Shown here: piece after piece, positions 18,104 to 27,644 of the stretch
Layout: every line of letters begins with the position of its first letter
How positions within the stretch are numbered: position 1 is the first letter of the stretch
DNA from: Bacilli bacterium
Lineage (GTDB): Bacteria > Bacillota_I > Bacilli_A > RF39 > UBA660
Assembly (NCBI GenBank): GCA_017398945.1
Contig: JAFQES010000018.1
Location: forward strand, 74,494 to 138,493
Length of the DNA stretch: 64,000 nt
Reading direction: 5' to 3'
Position numbers and translations under genes: made by a program
The notes under the pieces: generated by a model
What the model was told of the DNA's origin: nothing
Seen by the model: only the letters and a program-made list of their open reading frames with translations
Databases searched by the model: none

Positions 18104-18733
18104 CTATAATATATCTTTTAATTCATATATATTTTTTATTGTTTTTTCATTTGGTTCTTCTTGTTTTGTTAACCAAATGGCATCCATCCCTAATTTTTTA
18201 GGGGTTTCATAATCCAATTTTTTATTATCACCAATCATTAAGCATTCTTCAAATTTAGTACCATTAGCAGCCATAAAATAAGCTTCTTTATTCGGTTTGC
18301 TATGAAGATCAGCACCATATACTTCTTTAAAATATTTCGCTATTTCATATTTTTCCAATCTTTTATATTGTGATTCATAAAAGAAATTAGTTAAAACTAC
18401 AAGTTCATATTTACTAGCTAAATATTCCAAAGTTTTGATTAGTTTTTCATCTTTACTAACTGGTACACAATCCCCAACCCATTCTTTAATTAATAAGAGT
18501 ATTTCATCGGTAATAGTTATACCTGATAATTCACTAACTAATTTTTTAAAATTTTCATCATTATAATTTTGGCAATTATTTTCATATTCATCGATACTAT
18601 CAGCAATATGAACTAATTGTTGTAAATCTAAACTAATGTTGTGATTTTTAACTAGTTCAACAAAATTCATGTAATACTCTTTTGTCCAAGGAATAAGAGT
18701 ATCATCTAAATCAAATATTATTCTCTTTATCAT
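18104..18733 (-). CDS. HAD-superfamily hydrolase
   Basis: Motif I IIFDLDDTL, motif IV GDN, and a cap region between them. It lies between the T-box leader and tyrS. Confidence 0.8.
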   Translation of the reverse strand: MIKRIIFDLDDTLIPWTKEYYMNFVELVKNHNISLDLQQLVHIADSIDEYENNCQNYNDENFKKLVSELSGITITDEILLLIKEWVGDCVPVSKDEKLIKTLEYLASKYELVVLTNFFYESQYKRLEKYEIAKYFKEVYGADLHSKPNKEAYFMAANGTKFEECLMIGDNKKLDYETPKKLGMDAIWLTKQEEPNEKTIKNIYELKDIL

Positions 18734-18747
18734 TCTGCCTCCTAAAA

Positions 18748-18879
18748 TAAAAAATTCATAAACAAAGGACGAGTTTATACCCGCGGTACCACCTTTATTT
18801 ATGAATTATCATACACTTTATGTTATAACGTTACAAACGTTTTGACTCCAGAGTCGTAAATTCCTTCATTGCCAAATAT
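18748..18879 (-). promoter_or_regulatory. T-box leader (tRNA-sensing riboswitch) controlling the HAD-tyrS operon
   Basis: The minus strand carries the conserved T-box sequence AAAGGTGGTACCGCGGG (18782-18793 core), followed by a hairpin and T-run ending ~18748. A promoter TTGAAT-17-TATAAT lies at 18886-18914. A UAC triplet (18856-18858) lies in the upstream stem region. Confidence 0.75.
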
Positions 18880-18916
18880 AGCTTAATTATACTATTAAAA
18901 CTTATTTAATTCAAGT

Positions 18917-19315
18917 TTATTCTTCTATTTTAGCTGCAGCTTCTTTTAATAGTTTTGCTGCTTGTTTTTTTACAGATTTAGCTGCTTCTTCTACTACTGG
19001 AGTTGCTTTTTCTTTGGCTAGTCTTGCTAATTCTTCTGCTTTTTTACTAATTTCCTTAGCTTTTTTCTTAATCACTTCGACAACCTTTTCTTTATCTAAA
19101 TCTGCTAATTCATTTTGAAGTTCTTTTACTTTTAGTTCTATATTTTCTTTTACTTCCTCAATATCGATATCTTTGGCCTTATTTAAAAGTTCATCTAATT
19201 TAGCTTTTAATTCTTTTCTTGTTTGTTCACCTTTTTTTGGGGCAAATAGCATTCCTATACCTACACCTAAACCAGCACCCACTAAAAACTTTCCAATTCC
19301 ACCTTTTTTACTCAT
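18917..19315 (-). CDS. YtxH-domain protein
   Basis: MSKKGGIGKFLVGAGLGVGIGMLFAPKKGEQTRKELK followed by a Lys/Glu coiled coil is typical of YtxH. The ATG at 19313-19315 overlaps the end of the upstream gene (ATGAGTAA); the track start at 19453 is an extension. Confidence 0.75.
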   Translation of the reverse strand: MSKKGGIGKFLVGAGLGVGIGMLFAPKKGEQTRKELKAKLDELLNKAKDIDIEEVKENIELKVKELQNELADLDKEKVVEVIKKKAKEISKKAEELARLAKEKATPVVEEAAKSVKKQAAKLLKEAAAKIEE

Positions 19316-19607
19316 CTTCGTATTCCTCCTCGTTTTGATTTTTCTTTTTTTTGAATAGTCTCTTGGCAAAAAAGTCGCTAATAAAACTGACAAATTTGTC
19401 AGATAAAGATGCAATTTTGTCTGTAGTAAAGTCAATAAGGGAAAAAAAACCATTAAAAGATTCTACTTTTTCTGTTACATCATCAACTACTTTTTCTACC
19501 TTATCTATAGTATTAATCGCTTTTATACCAATTATTATACCAACTATTAAAATTACTATCAAAAGTATATAAATGATTATAGGTAAAAACGTTAACCAAA
19601 ATTCCAT
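19308..19607 (-). CDS. DUF948/YtxG-like membrane-anchored stress protein
   Basis: 99 aa with an N-terminal TM segment (LTFLPIIIYILLIVILIVGIIIGI) and a helical tail. It is paired with ytxH as in Bacillus ytxGH. Confidence 0.65.
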   Translation of the reverse strand: MEFWLTFLPIIIYILLIVILIVGIIIGIKAINTIDKVEKVVDDVTEKVESFNGFFSLIDFTTDKIASLSDKFVSFISDFFAKRLFKKKKNQNEEEYEDE

Positions 19608-20458
19608 TAATCTTCAACCTCCTTTTTATCATCGTACATTGAATCAATTAACTCAAATAAGTCTTGTTCCAAAGTATCATCATCACTAGGTTCTTTTATT
19701 TTATCATCTAAAATTAAATCATCATCTTCATCAATTTTGTCTAATTCATCTTCGATTTCTTTAATATTATTTTCTAGTTCTAAGTCTTCATCAACAATAA
19801 TAGTTTCTTCAGCACTTTCTTCTAATAGTTCGTCTAAAGATTTTTCTTTTATCTCAGGTATTTCTAACTCATAAGATTTTTTTAATTCAATTTCTTCAGG
19901 TTGTTCTATAGTTTCTTTAATAGCATCTTCTAAAGATCCAAAAGCTTTTTTTCTTACAACATCAACATCTAAACGACTCTGTCTTTTTATAGAATCTTCT
20001 TTTACTTTTGGCATTATATCATCTGGATGATAATCTTTGTCCAAAATACCATAAACTGGTGATATTATTGGTGATGGCTTAAACTTTTTCTTTTCATTAT
20101 TTCTTATATCACGTTCTTTTTCAAAAATTCGATATTCATGTTTAACCACTTCCGGTCTTTTCTTTCTCTCTTCTGTATATTCCCTAACCATTTTAGGTTT
20201 TGGTTTGGGCTTTGGTAGAGTATTTTCAAATTCATCTTCATCAAAAGCTGGAAAATTAAAAGTGTTTTCTGATTTGAATAATTCTCGTTCACTTAATTCA
20301 TCTTGCTTTGTAATCGTTTGTTTTACTTGTTCCAATTTTTCTTCAGCATCAACTACTGGAGTTGGAGTAACTATTTTCTCTTCTTTTACTGGAGTTACTG
20401 GAACTTCTATTTCTTCTTCCTCAAAAAGAATATTTTTAATTTTACTAATAAAACCCAT
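19607..20458 (-). CDS. Highly acidic protein with an N-terminal amphipathic helix (function unknown)
   Basis: 283 aa. MGFISKIKNILFEEEE at the N-terminus, a central SPIISPVYGIL motif, and a Glu/Asp-rich C-terminus. Confidence 0.5.
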   Translation of the reverse strand: MGFISKIKNILFEEEEIEVPVTPVKEEKIVTPTPVVDAEEKLEQVKQTITKQDELSERELFKSENTFNFPAFDEDEFENTLPKPKPKPKMVREYTEERKKRPEVVKHEYRIFEKERDIRNNEKKKFKPSPIISPVYGILDKDYHPDDIMPKVKEDSIKRQSRLDVDVVRKKAFGSLEDAIKETIEQPEEIELKKSYELEIPEIKEKSLDELLEESAEETIIVDEDLELENNIKEIEDELDKIDEDDDLILDDKIKEPSDDDTLEQDLFELIDSMYDDKKEVED

Positions 20459-20472
20459 AATAGTGCACCTTC

Positions 20473-21120
20473 CTAGTTTATTAAGTCTGTATCAGGAATA
20501 TAATTATCTTCTACATCATTATCCTTTAAGTTTTCATCATATTTTAAAACATTACCATCATTAGATATTGTTGAAAATATATCGTATTCTTCTTCTTTAA
20601 AATTCATAACATCTTCATCCATTAAACTTGCTATGACATTTTCATTATACGCAATAGAAGATAAAATTGTTATTGCATAACTTATACTTTCATTTATATT
20701 ATCTTTATCTACTATCACTTCTATTTTAGCATAATTATACATAATTTCAATTAAATATTTGTCGTTTTCAAAATTATTTATTTCTAAATATCCTTTTTTT
20801 CCGGTATTTTCATACACTTGAGAATATTGTGCTTCATTATTTTTTTGATAAGTAAAAGCACCTTTATTATAAAAACTAATTCTATCAACATATAAATACA
20901 TATAATATTCATTGTTAGTAAATATGTCATTCACATCAGTGTTATTAATTAACTTTAATCCTTTAGGAAGGTAATAGTTATACCCTTTTCGGTAAATATT
21001 TACATAATTGTATTTATTATCCAAACCATTTGCTATTATACCATCGTAACTTAAATCTTTTATGTCACTACAACCAGTAAGAATAAACAAAGAAATTAAT
21101 AATAAAGCTAGTTTTTTCAT
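20473..21120 (-). CDS. Lipoprotein, function unknown
   Basis: Signal peptide with lipobox MKKLALLLISLFILTGC. Confidence 0.7.
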   Translation of the reverse strand: MKKLALLLISLFILTGCSDIKDLSYDGIIANGLDNKYNYVNIYRKGYNYYLPKGLKLINNTDVNDIFTNNEYYMYLYVDRISFYNKGAFTYQKNNEAQYSQVYENTGKKGYLEINNFENDKYLIEIMYNYAKIEVIVDKDNINESISYAITILSSIAYNENVIASLMDEDVMNFKEEEYDIFSTISNDGNVLKYDENLKDNDVEDNYIPDTDLIN

Positions 21121-21178
21121 ACTGCCTCCTATAATTATATATTATAACAGAAACATATTTAATATTTCAACTTCATAT

Positions 21179-21805
21179 TTATTTCTTATAGGCCTTTAAA
21201 TAGTTAATTTTAAAGCCTTTTTGACTAAATTTATCCTCATATTCGGTCCTAATATTAGGAATTTCACTATTATGTAAATCTAAAGAAACATCTTTAAAAA
21301 GATACCCATAATTTGATAAATATACTAGACTATCCGCAAATAAATCTATATTGTCCGTTTTTTGAATTATTTTCTTTTCATCTTTAAATATTAAGTCGTA
21401 TACTTTCAGAAAATCTTCATGAGTAAGTCTTCTTTTATGATGACGTTTTTTAGGCCATGGATCTGAAAAATTCAAATAAATAGTATCAATTTCATGATCA
21501 AAAATTTCTGCTAATTTTAAAGCATCATAACTAATTAAATATAAATTAGGTAATTTATTAGGCATTTTAGCAATAGCTTTAGCAATTACACTATCAAATT
21601 TTTCTAATCCAATAAAGTTTATATGAGGATTATTTGAAGCCATCTCATAAATAAATTTTCCCTTTCCCATTCCTATTTCTAAATGAATTGGATTATCATT
21701 TTTAAACAATTTTTTAAACTTTCCTTTATACTCGCTCGGATTTTTAATTAAGAATTCACATTTATTAACAATCTCATTTTTATTTTTAATATTTCTAATA
21801 CGCAT
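21179..21805 (-). CDS. trmB: tRNA (guanine-N7)-methyltransferase
   Basis: EIGMGKGKF SAM-binding motif and the hallmark NFSDPWPKKRHHKRRL. Confidence 0.9.
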   Translation of the reverse strand: MRIRNIKNKNEIVNKCEFLIKNPSEYKGKFKKLFKNDNPIHLEIGMGKGKFIYEMASNNPHINFIGLEKFDSVIAKAIAKMPNKLPNLYLISYDALKLAEIFDHEIDTIYLNFSDPWPKKRHHKRRLTHEDFLKVYDLIFKDEKKIIQKTDNIDLFADSLVYLSNYGYLFKDVSLDLHNSEIPNIRTEYEDKFSQKGFKINYLKAYKK

Positions 21806-21860
21806 TTATATCACTACTTTCTAATCTTTTACATATAATAGGAAGTAAGGAGGAATACCT

Positions 21861-22181
21861 ATGAAAAAAGATCGAAATACATTTTTTCAAGAAGCTCAAA
21901 TGAGTTCAGCTAGTTATTTTCCTAACCCTAATATGAATATGATGAGTGCCAATAGTCCAACTGTAGCAAGCCAAGCTAGTCAAAGCTATTATTCAGGTCC
22001 TGGAGTTTATCCAAATAATATGATGCCTAGCGGAAATTATGCTCTTAATGATTTAGAAAGTCGCTTAGCTAAAATGGACCGCCAAATCAACCGGTTAGAA
22101 ACAAGAGTTAATAAGCTGGAAAATCAAGCAACATGTCAAATAGATAATTATGATAACCAAACCAATATGTATATGGTATAA
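21861..22181 (+). CDS. Low-complexity (N/M/P/S/Y-rich) protein with a C-terminal coiled coil, function unknown
   Basis: 106 aa with a C-terminal LESRLAKMDRQINRLETRVNKLENQ. GGAGG is upstream. It neighbours cse60 and the kinase-like genes. Confidence 0.5.
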   Translation: MKKDRNTFFQEAQMSSASYFPNPNMNMMSANSPTVASQASQSYYSGPGVYPNNMMPSGNYALNDLESRLAKMDRQINRLETRVNKLENQATCQIDNYDNQTNMYMV

Positions 22182-22205
22182 CTTACTTTTTAAGTAAGTT
22201 TTTTT
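22180..22205 (+). terminator. Rho-independent terminator (usable from both directions)
   Basis: 9-bp stem aacttactt/aagtaagtt followed by T7. It sits between the convergent genes 21861..22181 and cse60. Confidence 0.65.
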
Positions 22206-22374
22206 ATGAATAAATAATCATTGCACTGAAACAATATAATTGCTCTTCTCCACAAGTGCTAATAGCAACATTGTATTTAATATCAATTATATCAGCTACA
22301 ATTGTTTCTAAGAAAGCATTAATAGCTTGTTCTAAATCTTTTTCATGACTCTCATCAAATATTTTAACTTTCAT
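22204..22374 (-). CDS. cse60: Sporulation protein Cse60 family
   Basis: MKVKIFDESHEKDLEQAINAFLE... matches the Cse60/YteV N-terminus (VKVFDEEHEKDLE). The start is set at the SD-preceded ATG at 22374. Confidence 0.65.
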   Translation of the reverse strand: MKVKIFDESHEKDLEQAINAFLETIVADIIDIKYNVAISTCGEEQLYCFSAMIIYS

Positions 22375-22475
22375 CTTATCACCCTTATAATTATAACATT
22401 TTATAAAGGTCGTAATTTGACAAATTAACATCCATATTATATAATAAATCGCACTAAAAAAAAAGAGGGGTTATT

Positions 22476-23135
22476 ATGTCAATACCATTAAATTATGTAA
22501 AAAAGAACGCTCATAGATATAAACGAACAAATAATAGTATTTTATATAAAAAAGATGATCAACTTTATAAAGTTTTTCAAAAAATCAATTTTAAAGATGC
22601 TGCATCTAAACAAATCGAATATAATCATATGCTTAGAAATGAAGTTAGTCCAACTATTGTTTTACCTACTGATATTATAAGGGAAACAGATGATTATTAT
22701 GACTATAGTGTTGCAGGGTACAAACAACCATATATTCCATCTTATACTTTTCAAGCTTGCTTAAAGAAAAATATTCTGTTAGATAAAAAAGAGCTTATTG
22801 TCAATAGTTTATTTAAAAGTTTGGAAGAAATAAATCAATACTTAGTGGTTGGAGATATTAATTTAGAAAATCTTCTTTTCCCTAAAGATAAAAATGATAA
22901 CGATGGATATATGATAGATTTAGACTTTTTTAAAAGATTAAATAGTAATATAATCATACGTAGTAATTATAATATTCGTGGGCAATATAGTCTTATTGCT
23001 GATTATGACACTAACACTGATATAATAAAAATGTTTATATCTACTTTATCCTTCTTTTATAAATATAATTTTGAAGAACTTGTTTTAGAACCTCAATTTC
23101 CTACTTTAGATATTATTTTAAGAAATCTCAGATAA
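22476..23135 (+). CDS. Mini protein-kinase-like fold protein, paralogue 1
   Basis: 219 aa. It has LYKVFQK (candidate ATP-binding Lys), VVGDINLENLLF (catalytic-loop-like D..N) and YMIDLDFF (DFG-like). Confidence 0.5.
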   Translation: MSIPLNYVKKNAHRYKRTNNSILYKKDDQLYKVFQKINFKDAASKQIEYNHMLRNEVSPTIVLPTDIIRETDDYYDYSVAGYKQPYIPSYTFQACLKKNILLDKKELIVNSLFKSLEEINQYLVVGDINLENLLFPKDKNDNDGYMIDLDFFKRLNSNIIIRSNYNIRGQYSLIADYDTNTDIIKMFISTLSFFYKYNFEELVLEPQFPTLDIILRNLR

Positions 23136-23137
23136 AA

Positions 23138-23926
23138 TTGGATGTGAAATTTATGAAACTAGATGGAAATACAGTTGATTTTTTTACTACCACTTTTTCG
23201 GCGGATTTATATAGAAAAAATGAATATATTTACAAAGTTTTAAAAAATTCTTTTGTAGGATCAAATCACGTTATACGTCAGATTAAGTATAATTATAAAA
23301 TATCCAGTGAAATAAGTAGACAGCTTGTTTTACCAAATAAACTTTTAGCAGATAATATTTATAGAATGGATTTTATAGAAGGATATAATATTGATACTTG
23401 CTTTAAAAGTAAAAACATTTCCTTAGAGAAAAGGATTGCAATAATAAATAGTTTATTTAGAACTTTACAAGAAGCTCATCAATTTTTAATAGTCGGAGAT
23501 GTTGCTGCGAGAAATTGTATGATTCCCAAAGATATTAATGATAAAAATATTTATTTGATTGATTTTGATTTTGCGGCACCAATAAACGCTGGTTATGAAG
23601 CATTATCACCATATGATATTGTTTCTGAAAGAGGAATAATTATTTCAAGTAATTGTAATAGCGATATTGTCAAACTATTTATTGTTAGTCTAAATCTTTT
23701 ATATCAATATGATTTTGAAAAGAAATTTATAAGGCACCCAAAGTTAAAACTGGTTAGAGAATTTTTAAGAGAAAATGTTCAAAATAATGGATATCTTTTA
23801 GAATATTTTAACTATATAAGTGGTGGGATTGAAAATAATCATCCATTTGAATATTTACACCTTCCTGATTCTAGGGCATTTAGAAATGAAATTGAAAAAG
23901 GCGTGAAAAGGATTCGTAATTTATAA
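23138..23926 (+). CDS. Mini protein-kinase-like fold protein, paralogue 2
   Basis: 262 aa. IYKVLKN, IVGDVAARNCMI and YLIDFDFA are collinear with paralogue 1. The gene starts 2 nt after the stop of paralogue 1. Confidence 0.5.
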   Translation: MDVKFMKLDGNTVDFFTTTFSADLYRKNEYIYKVLKNSFVGSNHVIRQIKYNYKISSEISRQLVLPNKLLADNIYRMDFIEGYNIDTCFKSKNISLEKRIAIINSLFRTLQEAHQFLIVGDVAARNCMIPKDINDKNIYLIDFDFAAPINAGYEALSPYDIVSERGIIISSNCNSDIVKLFIVSLNLLYQYDFEKKFIRHPKLKLVREFLRENVQNNGYLLEYFNYISGGIENNHPFEYLHLPDSRAFRNEIEKGVKRIRNL

Positions 23927-23942
23927 AAATATCTAAATTTAA

Positions 23943-24551
23943 TTAGATATTTTTTAATGATGCTAAAATAAGTTCTGATGATGTTTTAATAAAGTTGTTT
24001 ATATTATCTATATTAAAAACAAAGGTTTTGGGTCTATTAATATTTTCATTTATAATTTTAATTTGTTCTAAAAGTAATGATATTCTATCTAAAGGAATTT
24101 CATTAATTATACTAGATATCTCAACATTATTTAGTTCATTTAAATTCAATTTATACTTATCAACTAACTTTTCATTTAAGTTGGTATAATCATTATATAT
24201 GTATAACCTAGCCATTTCACCATTTAATTTTACAATAGTACCATCTAATTTTTTTATTTTATCATTATTATCAATTTCTGTTATAAAATACTTAAACCAT
24301 AAATAATCTGTATAAAGATGGATATAATATCCTAATACAAAATCATCATCTAAATAATTCTTATATTTAGCTAAGAATTTATTTAAATCTACTTTATTAT
24401 TATCATCTAAAAAATGTGAATACTTTTTTGTTTCACCTACTAATTTAGAAAGATCAGGTGCTATGCTGCCTAACAACAATTTTGATTCATCTTTTTTTAA
24501 ATTTTTATTCATTTCTTTGGCCACGGCCATGTGAATTATGGATGATGCCAT
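23943..24551 (-). CDS. Predicted metal-dependent hydrolase (zinc phospholipase C-like His motifs), uncertain
   Basis: N-terminal SSIIHMAVA, SIAPD, YSHF and YIHLYTDYLW resemble the His/Asp ligand spacing of the zinc-dependent phospholipase C superfamily. Weak call. Confidence 0.35.
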   Translation of the reverse strand: MASSIIHMAVAKEMNKNLKKDESKLLLGSIAPDLSKLVGETKKYSHFLDDNNKVDLNKFLAKYKNYLDDDFVLGYYIHLYTDYLWFKYFITEIDNNDKIKKLDGTIVKLNGEMARLYIYNDYTNLNEKLVDKYKLNLNELNNVEISSIINEIPLDRISLLLEQIKIINENINRPKTFVFNIDNINNFIKTSSELILASLKNI

Positions 24552-24587
24552 CTTATTACCTTCTTTTTATTTTAGTATACATTAAAG

Positions 24588-24620
24588 CAAAAAAATAACA
24601 CCTTTATAAGATGTTATTTT
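24588..24620 (-). terminator. Rho-independent terminator after leuS
   Basis: The minus strand reads aaaataacatcttataaaggtgttatttttttgc: a ~9-bp stem with one mismatch, then a T-run. It overlaps the leuS stop. Confidence 0.6.
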
Positions 24621-27022
24621 ACAACTATATTAACAATTTTATTTTTGACTACAATAACTTTAATAATTTGTAATCCCTCTGTGTGTTTTTTAACATTTTC
24701 TTCTGCTAAAGCTTTTTCTTTAACACTATCTTCAGCTTCATCTAATTCAATGTTGATGCTTCCTCTTAATTTACCATTAACTTGTACTCCAATAGTAATT
24801 TCTTTATCAATTGTTTTAGCTTCATCATATTCTGGCCAAGTACTTTCACAAATTGGTTTAAACCCTAATTGTTCATTTAATTCTTCAGTAACATGTGGAG
24901 CAATTGGATTTAATAATGTTAATAATAATTCATAATCTTTTTTAGAAATACTTTGAGCATCTTCATATGCATTAGTTAAAATCATTAAAGCGGACACAGC
25001 TGTATTGTAAGCCATGGTTTGTAAATCATTAGTGACTTTCTTGATTGTTTTATGTTGAATTGATTCTAAAGAACTCGTAAATTCATCGCTATCATTCAAT
25101 TTGCTTTGTAATCTAACTACCTTATCTAAGAAACGTTTACATCCTTTTAATGAATCGGTACTCCAAGGAGCATCCGATGTATAATCACCCATGAACATTT
25201 CATAAATTCTTAGGGTATCTGCTCCATACTCGTTAACGATATCATCTGGATTAATAACATTTCCTTTCGATTTACTCATTTTTTCATTATTTGAACCTAA
25301 AACCATTCCGTGAGAAACTCTAGTCCAAATCATTTCTTTATTAGGAACTAATCCAATGTTGTATAAAAATTGAACCCAGAAACGGGCATATAACAAATGT
25401 CTTGCTGTATGTTCCATTCCACCATTATACCAATCTACTCTATTCCAATATTTCATGGCATCCATAGAAGCAAATTCTTTATCATTACATGCATCCATAA
25501 ATCTTAAGAAATACCAGGAAGATCCAGCCCAGTTTGGCATTGTATCGGTTTCTCTTTTAGCTGCGCCATGACATTTTGGGCAAGTAGTATTTACCCAATC
25601 AGTTATTTTGGCAAGTGGACTTTCGCCATTATCAGTTGGTTCATATTCTGCAACATCAGGTAATAGTAATGGTAAATCTTTTTCATCCATTGGAACCCAT
25701 CCACATTTTTCACAATAAATCATTGGAATTGGTTCTCCCCAGAATCTTTGTCTTGAGAATATCCAATCACGCATTTTATAATTATTAACTTCTCTAGCAA
25801 TACCTAAATCCACTAGTTTTTTAGTTATAGCAGGTTTAGCTTCTTCAACTGTTAGTCCATCAAACTCAGCTGAATTCATTAACTTACAACCTTTTCCTAA
25901 ATAATCATGTTTTTCAAAGGCTTTTTCTTCTACTGATGCTCCGTCAATTACTTGAATCATTTCTAAGTTATGTTCAGTTGCATATTCAAAGTCTCTTTGG
26001 TCATGAGTTGGAACAGCCATAACTGCTCCAGTCCCGTAATCTCCTAAAACAAAGTCTCCTAAGAAAATTGGTACTTCTTTACCATTAATAGGATTAATTG
26101 CTTTGATTCCTTTAATTTTAACACCAGTTTTTCCTTTATTTAATTCAGTACGGTCCATATTAGATTTTTTAGCAGTTTCTTTAATATAGTTTTCTACTTC
26201 TTCTTTATTTTCTACACGAGGCATTAATTCTTTAATTAATTTACCATCTGGAGCAATTACAAAGAATGTAATTCCATAAACAGTTTCGATACAAGTTGTA
26301 AAGACAGAAAATTTTCCGCCACCAACAATATCAACATCTAATTCAACACCAGTTGATTTTCCAATCCAATTTATTTGACCAAGCTTTACTCTTTCGGCAA
26401 AGTTAGTATCATCTAAGCCAGTTAATAAATCCTCGGCATATTCACTCATTTTTAACATCCATTGAGATTTTTCCTTTTGAACTACACTGTCTCCACAACG
26501 TTCACAAACTCCACCTGCGGCATCTTCGTTAGATAAAACACTTTTACAAGTAGGACACCAGTTAACAGGAATAGTAGCTTTGTAAGCCATATTATGTTTA
26601 TAAAATTGTAAGAATTGCCATTGTGTCCATTTATAATATTCTGGATCTGTTGTGGAAAATTCTCTACTCCAATCAAAAGAGAATCCTAATGATTTCATTT
26701 GCCCTTTAAACGTTTTAATATTTTCTTTAACAGCATCTTTAGGATGTATATGATTTTTAATAGCATACTGTTCAGCAGGAGATCCAAAAGCATCCCATCC
26801 CATAGGATATAAAACATTATATCCTTGCATTCTTTTCATTCTAGCTAAAGCATCCTGTGCTGTATAACTTCTTACATGTCCAACATGTAGTCCTGATCCT
26901 GATGGATAAGGAAATTCTACTAATATGTAATATGGTTTTTTATCTCCATTAGTTTTAGCTTCAAATACTTTCGTATTATCCCAAAAATCTTGCCATTTCT
27001 TTTCAATATTTTTAAAATCCAT
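24614..27022 (-). CDS. leuS: Leucine--tRNA ligase
   Basis: HIGH region GLHVGHVRSY, KMSKS region EKMSKSKGN, and the CP1 editing domain. The start is set at MDFKNIEKKW (SD agagg). Confidence 0.95.
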   Translation of the reverse strand: MDFKNIEKKWQDFWDNTKVFEAKTNGDKKPYYILVEFPYPSGSGLHVGHVRSYTAQDALARMKRMQGYNVLYPMGWDAFGSPAEQYAIKNHIHPKDAVKENIKTFKGQMKSLGFSFDWSREFSTTDPEYYKWTQWQFLQFYKHNMAYKATIPVNWCPTCKSVLSNEDAAGGVCERCGDSVVQKEKSQWMLKMSEYAEDLLTGLDDTNFAERVKLGQINWIGKSTGVELDVDIVGGGKFSVFTTCIETVYGITFFVIAPDGKLIKELMPRVENKEEVENYIKETAKKSNMDRTELNKGKTGVKIKGIKAINPINGKEVPIFLGDFVLGDYGTGAVMAVPTHDQRDFEYATEHNLEMIQVIDGASVEEKAFEKHDYLGKGCKLMNSAEFDGLTVEEAKPAITKKLVDLGIAREVNNYKMRDWIFSRQRFWGEPIPMIYCEKCGWVPMDEKDLPLLLPDVAEYEPTDNGESPLAKITDWVNTTCPKCHGAAKRETDTMPNWAGSSWYFLRFMDACNDKEFASMDAMKYWNRVDWYNGGMEHTARHLLYARFWVQFLYNIGLVPNKEMIWTRVSHGMVLGSNNEKMSKSKGNVINPDDIVNEYGADTLRIYEMFMGDYTSDAPWSTDSLKGCKRFLDKVVRLQSKLNDSDEFTSSLESIQHKTIKKVTNDLQTMAYNTAVSALMILTNAYEDAQSISKKDYELLLTLLNPIAPHVTEELNEQLGFKPICESTWPEYDEAKTIDKEITIGVQVNGKLRGSINIELDEAEDSVKEKALAEENVKKHTEGLQIIKVIVVKNKIVNIVVK

Positions 27023-27023
27023 T

Positions 27024-27437
27024 TTAATTACCTCTTTTCCTTTCAACATTTAATAAGTATCTTCCATATATTTCATAAATAGCATAAATAAGAGCAGTTA
27101 GCAAAGCAAATCCTATTAGTAATTTAAAAATTGTTCCTAAGGGAATTAGTTCTATAATAAAAGTTACAAAAGTTATAATAAAACCATTTAATAAAGGAAG
27201 CATAATTTTTAAACTATTATAATTTAACATATCTCGATCTAGCTTAAATTTATTAACCAAATATTCTACCTCACCAATTTTACGCGGTTCCTTTTCTTTG
27301 CTGCTTTTTCTTCCTCTTTTTTTCTTTTTTCCTAACTTTTCATCAATAGCCGGTTTAGTAAGAAAAAAGTAATGAAGAATAAAAACAACTAAGTAAATTG
27401 ATAAAAACGATAAAATATAATAAGTAGTATTATTCAT
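27024..27437 (-). CDS. Small membrane protein co-transcribed with leuS
   Basis: The reading frame from MNNTTYYILSFLSIYLVVFILHYFF... has 3 TM segments and a Lys/Arg-rich loop, with SD agaaagagg. The track's longer start lies inside the T-box terminator. Confidence 0.5.
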   Translation of the reverse strand: MNNTTYYILSFLSIYLVVFILHYFFLTKPAIDEKLGKKKKRGRKSSKEKEPRKIGEVEYLVNKFKLDRDMLNYNSLKIMLPLLNGFIITFVTFIIELIPLGTIFKLLIGFALLTALIYAIYEIYGRYLLNVERKRGN

Positions 27438-27454
27438 ATAAAAACCTCTTTCTA

Positions 27455-27644
27455 AATAAAAAACATTCCTCCCAAAGGACGAATGTTTTCGTGGTACCAC
27501 CTTATTTTTTTCTCTGTAATCTGTTAAGGAAGATTAGCCCAATACAATCAAAAAGCAAGTTCATCAATTTCTTTTCTTAGTTTACACCAACCACTAAGTC
27601 TCTAGAAAAAGAAGATTTGATTACTACTCTTTTCTCATCTGCTT
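27455..27644 (-). promoter_or_regulatory. T-box leader upstream of the membrane-protein-leuS operon
   Basis: The minus strand has Stem-I-like elements (gagaaaagagtag..., tctagagac, ggttggtgtaaac), the T-box sequence AAGGTGGTACCACG (core 27490-27501), and a terminator aaacattc/gaatgttt plus T-run. A TATAAT -10 lies at 27651-27656. Confidence 0.8.

Noticed and set aside
19607-20458. The acidic protein with an MGFISKIKNILFEEEE N-terminus as the cell-division protein SepF.
   Set aside because: Only the amphipathic N-terminal helix and acidic linker resemble SepF. The conserved SepF C-terminal core is not recognisable.
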